Positions 53,231-64,000 of a stretch of DNA of 64,000 nucleotides are shown here, piece after piece; the stretch's first letter is position 1; every line of letters starts with the position of its first letter. This DNA comes from Camelus ferus (Eukaryota). The stretch covers positions 62,498,001 to 62,562,000 of the forward strand of contig NC_045707.1 of the NCBI RefSeq assembly GCF_009834535.1, written 5' to 3'. The notes under the pieces were generated by a model. It was not told the origin of the DNA and did not search any database. It saw nothing but the letters and a program-made list of their open reading frames with translations. The translations under genes were made by a program, and so were the position numbers.

Positions 53231-54013
53231 GTGCTCACAGAGCGCTCCTGGGCCACGAAGGTTTTGCCAGAACACAGCCTCCTTACCCCGCTTGCCAAGT
53301 TGAGACTTGAGGACAGAGCTTTAGATGAAGTAGAAAAGCAGCTTCATTTCTTTGCCAGGCAAAGGAGGTCACGGTGGGCCAATGTCACTAAGCTTATGAG
53401 CCTGCTGGGGAGAGAAGGCAGGGTGTTTTATAGCAAAAGTTCAAAAGTTCAAGGGGCCGAGCTAGTTTCCATAGAGATTGCATACAGGGTGACAGGTTAT
53501 TGTGAAGTTTTCCTTGTTTTTGCAAATGCAGTGGTCCCCTCCCCTCTGCTGTGTATAAAGTTCACCTCTGGCTTAGGGACTTTTCTAATATTCTTGTACC
53601 TGGAACAAAGGGAACTTAACAAGGCGGGGGGGGTGCGGTCTGTGGAAAAATGCTCTAGAGAAAGACTTGTGCCATTTAAAGTCAGATTGAGAAATGCTTT
53701 TAGCCTTTTAAGCAGGCTGAGAGGCCTGCAGCTTGAACAACAGGATATAAAGAAGCAACAAGGGGCCCAAAACAACTGCAGACATTTACAAAACAAAATG
53801 CACAGAACAGCCGACCACTGTTTCGGAGGTGTCAAGGGCAAGGGCAGGGCACTGAGCATGATCCCTGCACCGAGCACCCGGGGGGTGGACCACACAAGCC
53901 TCCCTCCTCTCCAGCCTCACCCTGGTCAGCAGGAGCGTGAGGAAACCCCTTTATGCCGTTCTACACTGAAGCAGTCACGAACACCATTACAGACAGCAGA
54001 TGGTCACCGATGA
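53231..54013 (+). other. 260-codon open frame antisense to the LTR (first ATG 53396, 205 aa); coding status unknown
   Basis: Longest ORF in the window; no recognisable homology; lies almost wholly within the LTR. Confidence 0.2.
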
Positions 54014-54030
54014 CAATAGGGCTGGTTACA
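53262..54030 (-). mobile_element. ERV1-type solo LTR, 769 bp, TSD AAGG
   Basis: Minus strand starts TGTAACC at 54030 and ends ...GGCAAAA (expected GGCAACA). AAGG at 53258-53261 and 54031-54034. TATAAAA at 53426-53432; AATGAA poly(A)-signal variant at 53343-53348. Confidence 0.85.
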
Positions 54031-54800
54031 AAGGTCCATGTTAGAGTTTTATTAAACAAAACACTCCTTTGAAGCTGGCCTCCTGAGTTGCTGAGTTTAT
54101 TTTTAAACAGAAAAATTACCCATACACACACGGTTATTTAAAATTATGTAAACTACATTGAAATTTAAAAATTCATGAGAAGAGATGCTACCAAATAATA
54201 ACAGAACCCAGGATTTGTTTATCAAATGATGGATAGATAGTGGAGGTTATTACTTCATATAGGCACAAAATTATCTAAGGCATTTATTCTAAGCTTATGT
54301 GTTATAGGTATATATTTAGTAAATTGTCAGCTTCTGGTTTTAAAAATTAAAGCACTCCAGGGGCTTGGAAATACTAACATAAGCTTCCTGAAGGTGACCC
54401 ATATACTCCCTTAACAATAGGTTCAGCCTGATAATACTTTTAAATAAGGAAACTCCAGTAAGTTTGTTTAAAAATGGTAATATTCATGGTGGCTTCCACT
54501 CACCAAATACATTTTTTAAAGAAAAATATATATTGGTCACAGCGTATAATGCATAATACATATTTTAGCAAATTCCCAGCACTTGCTCATATCAAGAAAA
54601 TACCACAGGATGGGGAAGGTAGAATGGAAAATGTCTCATTCTTTGCTTAAGCTATAACCATTCCTAGCTTATAAATAAGAAAAGCTCTTTTTTTTTTTTC
54701 CTCAGTGTGGAAGTATTCTACTCCTCTACATACTCTCCACCTTCACCCCATTCCCGTGTTCCTTCACATCTCACCCTCAGGTGAAACCAATGATTAGGAG

Positions 54801-54812
54801 ATATATATATCT

Positions 54813-54843
<31 letters not shown>

Positions 54844-54862
54844 TCTATATCTATCTATATCT
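54801..54862. repeat. (TA)n/(TATATC)n low-complexity repeat
   Basis: Direct reading. Confidence 0.93.
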
Positions 54863-55499
54863 AGTGCCTGAAGCTTAAAGAGCTATGGCATAAGGGGACG
54901 GGGGAGGTATTTTGAGAAAAGAACATAAGATTTCCAGTAGGTATTAAAATCATATTTACTTAGAGTGTGTAGTTGAAGTACATAAAATGTTTCAATATTT
55001 AAAAAAAAATCTTACAGATAAGAGAAGTATCACAAAATCCAGAAAATATCTTAATACCTCTGTCTTATCTACATAAAGTGTGTCTATACATTGGGCAGTA
55101 AGGACCCTTGGAAGCCATTTCCACACCAGGATGACTGGCAATAACTTTAAAATATGCAGAAGTAATTTTAAATCACATAAACGTGCCCCACTGTGGCCAA
55201 ACAGCATAAACTCTCACTCTAGTTCCCGTTAGTCAAATAGCAAAATTAGCAATAGCCCTCTCCAATAGCACGTGGCATGAGAAAAAGTGCCACAGAGGAG
55301 AAGTCAAAGTCTGGAGAGACTGTGGTCTTAACTGATTGTTTTCAAAATGTATCAATTCTGTAATTTTTTAAAAAACGTAAGGGCGCACAAACATGTTGTG
55401 GTATCTCCCTAGCTCTTGGAAGGAGCCTATGCCAGCGAGGCTCTCTGAATCACAAGGTTTGGGGCTCTAGGAAAATACACCTCTACCTCTTACCTAGCC

Positions 55500-55785
55500 A
55501 TCCCCAACTGTTGCCAATCCATAAACACGCCATGGATTTCCTGCCCTGGTTCCTCTTCTTTTGCTTCTCTTTCTGTTTTCAATTTGTGTCTGACTCAAAA
55601 CCCTTATACTTTAAGGCTGAGTTCAACGACTTCATCCTGTACGCATTTTAGGAATTATTCTTATGTTTTAGAAATTATTCTGATGGTATTGTCGCATGTT
55701 TTTATTCCTCTACTCTACTACTCTATTTGTTTACAATTTGCAGGATTTCTGAAACATAATATCTACTCAATGAATGTTTAATTTG
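55500..55785 (+). mobile_element. L2 3' fragment
   Basis: aaacacgccatggatttcctgccctgg... ending tactcaatgaatgttt. Confidence 0.5.
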
Positions 55786-56459
55786 GGTATTGTTGAGCAT
55801 TAAACAAAGCAAAGAGAAAAGGCAGTTGAAAAATAATTGAACTGATTACAAAGTGTCCTATTCAATATCTGAACAGGGCATGGTTACCAATGCCTCTTTG
55901 TGGATTTTGATAGGAATAATTTAGTGTCCTGTTAAATTTTAGAAAAAAAAATGTTTTCTCTAAAAATAAGAATATGCAGATATTCTATTAAGATATAAAG
56001 AATACATGTTTTCCCTTGAGGGTTTTTATTAAAAATGTTTTTGAGATCAGCTAGTTGAATCTTGTTCTTAAATCTAATTTATGATGCAGCCGAAAATGTA
56101 TTACTGTGATGAATCTAATGTTATATTTTAAATATGGTGTATTTTTCTAATCAAGTGGAGAGATTTTCTGCAATTTTATAAATGTGATTTGGCAAGTGGA
56201 TAAAATAGTTAATCAAAAATATTTCCAATATATGTGTCATTAAAGCTTTAAAAGTGACAGTATGTCTACATAAAGACAGGTAAAATGAGAGAATTGTGTT
56301 TCTTACAAGTCTTTGTCACTCACTTTTTTTTGTAACTTAAATTTCATTTTTACTAACTAGTTTGAGACATAGAGTGAGGTGAAGCTTTTTAAATTTCAAA
56401 TTATAAATGAGCTTTCAGTGTGTAATTTTGCTAATGGCTAGAATTTATTGATTACCAAA

Positions 56460-56640
56460 TAAAAGATGGTTAGGAAGTATTATCTACATTTCTCAGAACT
56501 ATCTTGTCATGATTATCTCCATTTCAAAGATAGGAAATTGAGATTCAGAAATGTTAATTTGCTCAATGTATGCAAATACTTAGAATAACAAGGATTTTAA
56601 TAATCCAAATCTTATATTTGTATTCATTAAATATACTGCC
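56460..56640 (-). mobile_element. MIR SINE
   Basis: attatctccatttcaaagataggaaattgagattcagaaatgttaatttgctcaa. Confidence 0.7.
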
Positions 56641-56689
56641 CCCTTCAAACTGACTTCCCATGTGTATTGTGTGTGTTATGTGTTTGGTA

Positions 56690-56748
56690 CATGTGTATGT
56701 ATATATATATATATATGTGTATATATATGTGTGTGTGTATGTGTGTTT
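56690..56748. repeat. Mixed (TA)n/(TG)n repeat
   Basis: Direct reading. Confidence 0.9.
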
Positions 56749-57019
56749 TACCTGTGTGAATATAGATAAAAAAATAAATACATCAATGTGTGAGTAACAG
56801 GTATTACTATACTAATTGGAACACTTCTGAAAAGAGTAAATACTTGCTTTTTCCTCAGGTTCAAAAGCCAGGAGTCCAGAACATGCAAGAATCAAAAGCA
56901 AATGTATTTCCATGTAAGTTAACTCATGACTTAATCTGCATCTTATTATCCCATTGTATGCTTGGAATTGTAATTGGTTAGGGGAAGTCAAGACCATTAG
57001 ACCTCAGATAACCTTACAA

Positions 57020-57195
57020 TTGCCTAAGTTAGGTTAGCCTAATTATTTACTTGGGATAAGGAAATTAACCTCTCAGATTCCCATTTTTTTAAAATTGTAA
57101 GATGGATAGCAATCTCTGCATTACAAGATACTTTTTAAACTAATAACATAATATAGAAAATACCAAGATAATTGCCTGGAATAATCCAGACTTCA
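57020..57195 (+). mobile_element. MIR SINE
   Basis: ttgggataaggaaattaacctctcagattcccatttttt...tgtaagatgg. Confidence 0.55.
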
Positions 57196-58284
57196 AGCTT
57201 CGAACTGGGAAAGTAGACTGGTTCCTCACATATCAGAAATAGGATGCTAATTCTCTCTAATAAAACCGAAAGACTTTTTTATTTGTACTTAGATTGCACT
57301 CTCCCCAGCTAGGCAAAATCAATTACCGGTTTTAAGAAACACTATAAATATATGGCTTAACAAATGTATTCTGTAAAGATATTCTTGTTAATAAATTTAT
57401 TTCTAATTTTGCTGTATGACATAAAGAAGAATGTCCATGAGCTGAGACTCTGCCTACTTCAAAGGAAGTACACACTTACATTAGCTCAGTAATGCCCAGA
57501 GGAAGATAAGCAATGACCTCTTTGATTCTATAAGCAGAGACCTCAGGCAGCCACACATCTGAAATTCATCTATTTGTATTTTTTGAAAAATGTCATAGAT
57601 GAAGATTCAAGAGTGTTGATATAAAAGATATCAATATTAATTTCATGGGAAAATAACAATATATTTAAATGCCCTCAAGTGAACAAAATTAAGAAGTTTA
57701 AGTGATCTTAATGATCTTCTGTATTATATGTGAATTGCAAATGTGAAATTGTTGGTATCATAAAGTACAAATACTGATAAAATCTTCTTATGTGGATGAA
57801 CTGAAATTATTAGGGTTTCTTCTCAAAAGCCACACATGTAACTATTTGACTTTGTTGACTTTTTCCGTATTTAATTTGCAAAAGTAACAATGAGGAGTTA
57901 GAACCCTGATCTGATCATTACTGTAGGACAAGGATGAGTCCTTCTGAAAAAACTATCCTTCTCTCTTCTAAGGAATACTAATGTTGAAGTTAATAATGTT
58001 TTTATTTCTCCTCAACTACAATTCTGAGGAACACTGAGAAATAAGATATAGATGATATATATTTCATCTATATGCACATATATATACATAGTAAGTTTTA
58101 ACTTAAAGGGTAGACTATCTTCTTGATTTTACTCTACATTTTCTATGTTAAAATGCTTTTCATTTTTGGAATTTATTAAGACAGTACATATTGGTTGAGT
58201 ATGTGTGTGCATTTTAATATTTTTACTTGCTCTAATAAAACATTTACAAACGTATGCCCTATATTTAAAAGCCAAACTATGGAT

Positions 58285-58759
58285 TTATGAAATGTATCAA
58301 TCTGGCACAGTCAGTGCATACTCTGGCACAACATCGAGGTGCTCCATTCAGAACCCAGGCAGTCATTCCTCCACCTACCAGGTGTGTTGACTGCTGAGAG
58401 CTCACAGCTGAATCCCTCTCTAGGTGTGATCTTGACCTGAAAGGACATGCGTAGCCCAACACCAACGACTCTGTGAGTGTAGCCAGCACACCATGACTGA
58501 TCCGTATTGAGCTACAAATGCCGAGTTCTGTTTTCATGACTGAAAACGGTTCTGGAGATCCATCCTTGCTCCAGTGTCCCTCGGAGGACTAGCCAAGGCC
58601 CCTGTTAAAACTATGTCTTGCAAATGCACCACAGTTTACCAGTGCAGCTTCCCTGACACCATTACAAGTACTGCCCCAGAGAAAAATCCCTAATAATTGA
58701 CCTGCACATAAATCTCATTCTCAGAAATTTGTGTTTCTGGGGCAAACTAACTTCAGATA
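58285..58759 (+). mobile_element. ERVL-class LTR16-like solo LTR
   Basis: cattcctccacctaccaggtgtgttgactgctgagagctcacagctgaatccctc ... cctgcacataaatctcattctcaga...tttctggggcaaactaacttcagata. Confidence 0.8.
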
Positions 58760-58939
58760 TAAGCACTATTTTGGAGGTTACTCCAATCATGGCATTAATG
58801 ACAATCAGTATTATCTCCAGACAATGCCAAGCGATACTCCACTTTAAAGGTAAGAGTTGCATTCTTTGATAAATAATATTTTATGATTATTTGTACCTTA
58901 ACCATTACCGAGGTAGTAATGAGTGTGAACTTGTAAATG

Positions 58940-59130
58940 AGGTCATAATAAATAACAAGATAGCATTTACCAACTGCTTCCTGTATGTCGCATGATTATG
59001 CGTAATCTTAATTCACTACTCTTTACAAACATGTAGTGATGGGAAAAATCAGAGCTCTGGGTTAAGTTATTTGCTCAACATAATTTAACAGGGCCAACAT
59101 TCAAGACAAGATCTGTCTTATCCTAAAATC
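58940..59130 (-). mobile_element. MIR SINE
   Basis: tagcatttaccaactgcttcctgtatgtc ... ggttaagttatttgctcaa ... attcaagacaagatctgtct. Confidence 0.65.
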
Positions 59131-59667
59131 ATGTCATACTGTAAATTTTCTGCCCTAAGGGCTGCGAAACAAACTGAGACCAAATCAGTAGGTCACACTG
59201 ATGTAACACTTACTGAGTGTGTGAGAAAAAATAATGGATAAGGAAAATGGATACAGCTGTACTGAAAGGGCGGTATCCACGAGGAAAAGTCTTCCTGAAG
59301 AATTCCAGAAGAAAGAAAAGTTAATGTCATTAACGTGGTCCACACCAGAGGAAAGACGTACAGATCATGATAAATAGCTCACAACATAGACCTGTTGTTG
59401 ATTTTAGAGATTTCGCTGGGAGTTAAAAGAAACCATGATAAGCTTCATAATTAACATTGAGTAATGCTCTTTGTAGTTGCTAAAAAAACGTTTTAGTTAC
59501 TTTATTGTTAACGAGTTTCCAACTGGGGAAGAACCACATTGTTCAACAGGAAATATTTCTCGTTTTTGAGGGATGGGGTCTGAAAGAAGAGAATTGTGAC
59601 ACTCTCCCAACCCAGGCATACCACAGATAGTTTTAAAGTGCTCTTAATGACTGTCATCCTTGATACG

Positions 59668-59670
<3 letters not shown>

Positions 59671-59714
<44 letters not shown>
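59671..59714. repeat. (GT)22 microsatellite
   Basis: Direct reading; perfect array. Confidence 0.98.
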
Positions 59715-59718
<4 letters not shown>

Positions 59719-60401
59719 CAACTTTGATGTCACTTTGGCATCCTTAAAAAGTTGTGAGAATTGGCTTATCTATGGCACTGTTATATTTAAGAAGAGTACG
59801 AAAATATATAATTTTTTATGTAATTAATAAAAACTCGTCTTCTCCATAAGCTATTTTTGGAAGGGTTTTCATATAAACAGAATGAGGGGAATGCTGAACA
59901 GGGTTGTAGGCGGAGGGTATCCAATGAGGAGTCTCTGCACTTGTGTTAACTCATCAAGCGTGAACAAAATGTCCCACTTTCTAGTATATCGTTTGTTATA
60001 GAAGTGCTTCAGATTTATTTTGATGAAAGCACTTAAAAGAAATCCCTGTTTCAAGCACAAACGCTTATAACACTTCAGTTAAACATGAGTGTCTATAGTA
60101 GTCAAAATTGAAACCCACAAAAATATAAATCTCACACACTAGGAAAATATTTTTATAAAGTATATCTTGCTTTTATAAAATTATACAAAAACCTGTAAGA
60201 TTTTTACCCAGTCTTTGAAATATAGGCAATACTTGTTGTAAGACATATTCAAGTACAGTCTTTAGAAAAAAGACATTTGTAAAGTGTGTTCTATAGTAAA
60301 TTGATCAAAGTTCAGTTCTATATACTGAGATAAATTCATGCTTTGAAGACTTTCCCAAAGTGACTAAATGAGGAATCATTCAACAAGAAAATTAGTTCAT
60401 A

Positions 60402-60464
60402 CCAAACAAACAAACAAACAAACAAACCAAAAAGCCAAACCAAACCAAACCAAACAAAAAAAAA
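60402..60464. repeat. (AAAC)n/(AAACC)n A-rich repeat
   Basis: Direct reading. Confidence 0.92.
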
Positions 60465-60929
60465 CGGTAATCAGAAAGGAAGGTAACTTGGAGTAGGACT
60501 TGGTCATTTTTTTATAACATGCATGAAATACTAAGGGATGAGGGTCTATAAATCTGCAAGTGTCTCAGAGGGAGGATATAGTTTCATTAGAATACAGTAT
60601 GGGAAGACTTAAGTTAGCTAAGAGAAGGGGGAGTCTGAGAAATTGTCTAGGATGAATGCATCCTTAGATAATGGAGTAGACTTTTTGTAGAGGTGAGGAA
60701 ATCATTTACAGTTGGATTGTAAAAGGGCAGCAGATGTTCCCAGCAGCTGAGAGGAAATCTTTAACACAAAAAGGAGAGGTACCGACAAGGGGACAATGGC
60801 AGGGATATCTAGCATCAGATATAGGAGTGAGAGAGACTTTCTAGCCAGCAGAGAACTGGGAATGAAGGAGAGTAAGCCAAGACTTGTCAGAAAACTACTG
60901 TATGTAATGCAGGATGAGAGACTCAATAC

Positions 60930-61430
60930 AGCATTCATACTCATTCATTCCCCCATTCATTTATCTTTTCATTCAGCAAGTATTAATTGAACATCTCCTA
61001 TTTGCCAGGCACTATTATGAACTAGGTCACAAAGAAGGTTCTTTACCTCCATGGAGATTACATTTTAATAGGAGATGCAGCCAATAAAAGTGGATGTATA
61101 ATTACATATACATTTTGTTAAATTATAATAAATGGCAACAAATAAAGTGAAGGTTAGACAGTATGTAACAAGTATGGGAGAAACTGCATTTGTAGACTGG
61201 GTGGCCAGAGAAGGTCTCACACAGAAGGTGCCATTTGAGCAAAGTCCTGAAGGAACTGAGATGGAGAAGCATGCAAATCTGTGGTGACAGCATTCCAAAC
61301 TTCCTCAGGTGGGGGCGCACCTGGACAGTGTGACCGTGAAGGAACGAGCAAGGTGAAGAAGAGCAGGAGATGTGGTAGATTATTTAGATTATTTAGATCT
61401 GTATAGGTCAGGAGGGAGATTTTGAATTTT
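60930..61430 (-). mobile_element. L2 3' end
   Basis: (CATT)n tail, attgaacatctcctatttgccaggcact, ggtggccagagaaggtctcacacagaaggtgccatttgagcaaagtcctgaagga. Confidence 0.88.
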
Positions 61431-61719
61431 AATCATTCCAGAAAATTAAATGTCAGAGAATTTTGCAATTCAGTACAAACAGGACTAGATTTGGCATCTA
61501 TGTCTGAAAATCATTTCCTCATAAGAGACTCCTATTATATGCCCTGTTATGTCCTATTAAGCAGATTCAACATTCTGTCAGTTGCAAATATCCTCTCCCT
61601 GTCACTGAATAAATACCTGAGTCAAAGGATAGTTAGTTCTCAGTGTCTCCTTAACATGGAGTCTCCATTGTCCTGTAATTCGTTGCTGGACTTTCAGGAT
61701 AGACAATACAAGTTGTTTA

Positions 61720-61910
61720 TTTAGATTCTGACAGCAGCAGTGCCTCTGAGTGCCAGCTATGTGGCCTTTTGTAAGTACCTCAATCTCCCCATCTGTAAAG
61801 TGAAGAAACTAATCATTTAAGTATAGTTTTGAGGATGAAAATGATACGACTATGGGAAGCAACTACATTTCTTTCGCAAAGTAAATTTCACTGAATGTTG
61901 TTATTAACGT
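61720..61910 (+). mobile_element. MIR SINE
   Basis: cctcaatctccccatctgtaaagtg core; ttttgaggatgaaaatga. Confidence 0.65.
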
Positions 61911-64000
61911 ATTAGCATTATTAAGGTATTAACAAATCAAAATGCCAAAAATGTGCACATATGCCAATGATATGCGCCATCTTTGCGTTACCTCTCTCTG
62001 CTGCCAGCACATTTTCTTGATATTCTGGCATGTTTCTGAAAAGTCAAAAATAAAAACAAGCTTGGGCTAACAGCGAACTTTTGTTGATGCTAAGTTCCCT
62101 TGCACTTGAAAACAGACTTGCCCGTATCTGTTAAAGATGTATTTCTTGCAAGCTCTTCTTCCACACATTTATTAATTCAGACAGGCTTCCTCTGGGTTTT
62201 GGCCTGTGTGTATCTTCATGTAAACAGAGCTACAGATGGTTATGACAAGTTCTCGTTTGTGCATATTGCAGGGCATGCTGTGTGGCAAATTGCATTCGTG
62301 TTTTTCCTCAAGTAGATTCAATGAATTTTCTTCCAGTTTCATTTTTCCCCATGATAGGGCATCATATGGCTCACAGTGAACAAATGTAAATCTAAAGTAG
62401 CATGGGTACAAAATAAGGTGCTAATAAAATAACATTTCTATTGTATCAAGCTTTAATAAGGCCTGTAATTGGTTTTGGTTGCCAAACATATGGGTCAGTG
62501 AGAATAACGCGGAAAGTAGATTAGATGCAATTCAGGCAGCTATATTAAGAACTCAATGTGGTGAATTTTGCTCCTATCACAGAAGTAGAGATGTTATGTC
62601 ACTGATGTCAGTGTGCTCTTATTTCATCTAAAACCTTAAGTGTGCACTGAAAGCCAAAACTACAGAAGTCCTCTCAGGTGTATAAAATTAAAATCATTCC
62701 ATTGTATAAATGAGATGGTGGAAGAAATTCATTCACAACCTTATGTTACTGATACTGTATTACTAATTAACTATACTAATAGTAAAATTGAAAAACAGGT
62801 AACCCCAGAAGTCTCCATAGAATCACAAAAAGGCTAATTTCCAGTGTTGGGTCACCAGATAAGTATTACTAAAAGGGCTTGACTTTGGTTTTTGCTACCA
62901 TGGAAAGATTTAAAAATTTCAGTAACAGAAATTCCTTCCCTATACTGGTCCTTCTTCTAATACTAGCAATAATCAAGTAACTTATGCCAAAGAGGGCTTA
63001 AATTAGATCGGGGCCCAAAAGCATGGTATTCAACTTTATGGAATAACAGAATGAAGATTTTATTCCCAGGGAACCATGCAGAGTGCATGGAATAGGGTGT
63101 CTGAATTAAAAGTAATTTCCTTCTGTAATCCCAACTGATTTCCTTAATGTACCTCAAATAACATTTCTAATTAAAGCTCAGTAAAGTTCATATACATATC
63201 AATTCTTAGGAAATCATCAATAAAATAGCTACTCACATTTCTCAACAATGCAAAGCTACCAGACTGATTTATTATTTTCTCCCCTGTTTTAAGGAATAGA
63301 GATTGACAAAGTAAAGCTAAAAGAAACTGACAGCAAAGATGAAAATTAGGTTGGATAATTTCTAACTTTAATTCTGTATTCAGCCTACTAATCACTAGAA
63401 AAATTGAACAAAAATCCATAATTCATTCCATAAACCTATCTACACGTAAGTCATCATAACTTTCCCCCAATTGAACAATTTTTACAAATTTATCTTAATC
63501 TTTTTCTTCCACAATAAAAGCTCCAGAGCTGTCAGGTCTCAGGTTTATAACTTCAGCTGCTTTTGGGTAATGTGAGTGCAAATGGATGCTGGAGGGATTT
63601 TTAAGAAAATTAACTTTTTTTCATTATCATATAAGTATAAAGAAAAAACCCTACTAAATTGATTTTGGCCAAACTTCCCAAAATATTCACTTTTAGGGTG
63701 AGAAGAAAAGAAAATTAATTCAGCTCAAAAGGACTTTTTGATGAAGTTATAAGATATTGAGATAGATACTCAAGCTCCAAATCATTTTCAACTTTAAATT
63801 CAGGGCTCATTATCACAGCAGTTGATATCCTGTACTTTTTATTGATCTCAGGAATGACAGAAAGGAAAAGATAAAAAAAAAAAAAAAAGAGAATCCTAGT
63901 AAAAGCAACAGGAAAATATAAGCCAACATGAACTTTCTAAAAAATAATATAATCTAATTTTGAAAAGGTTATAGAATTAGGGTGGGTATGGTTTTTTTTT

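Noticed and set aside
1..64000. Prokaryotic-type systems (CRISPR, operons), NUMTs, non-retroviral endogenous viral elements, or an identifiable host gene
   Set aside because: No regularly spaced repeats, no dense ORFs, and no mitochondrial or non-retroviral viral motifs recognised. No exon translation matched a protein I know, so the host locus cannot be named from sequence alone.

Overview
AT-rich, repeat-dense eutherian genomic DNA. It is most likely camelid (alpaca/llama/camel), based on a tRNA-derived Vic-1-type SINE with target-site duplication at 11.4-11.6 kb and two copies of a short lineage-type L1 3' end. I recognise no intact host protein-coding gene, RNA gene, CRISPR array or prokaryotic feature, so the window looks intergenic or like deep intron. 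It is largely a stack of fossil mobile elements: L1, L2 and MIR fragments; MaLR, ERVL and ERV1 solo LTRs; a 5'-LTR plus gag remnant of an ERV-L provirus; a hAT (Blackjack-like) transposase relic; and a TIR-bounded Mutator-like (MULE) element. The most notable items are: (1) a 260-codon stop-free frame running antisense through a TSD-flanked, apparently chimeric 769-bp solo LTR; (2) the MULE relic with a readable catalytic motif; (3) a chain of minus-strand exon-like segments with strong splice signals; (4) several repeat-free, motif-dense enhancer candidates. Repeat subfamily names are from recognition by eye and need RepeatMasker/Dfam confirmation. Boundaries are approximate unless termini or TSDs are quoted.
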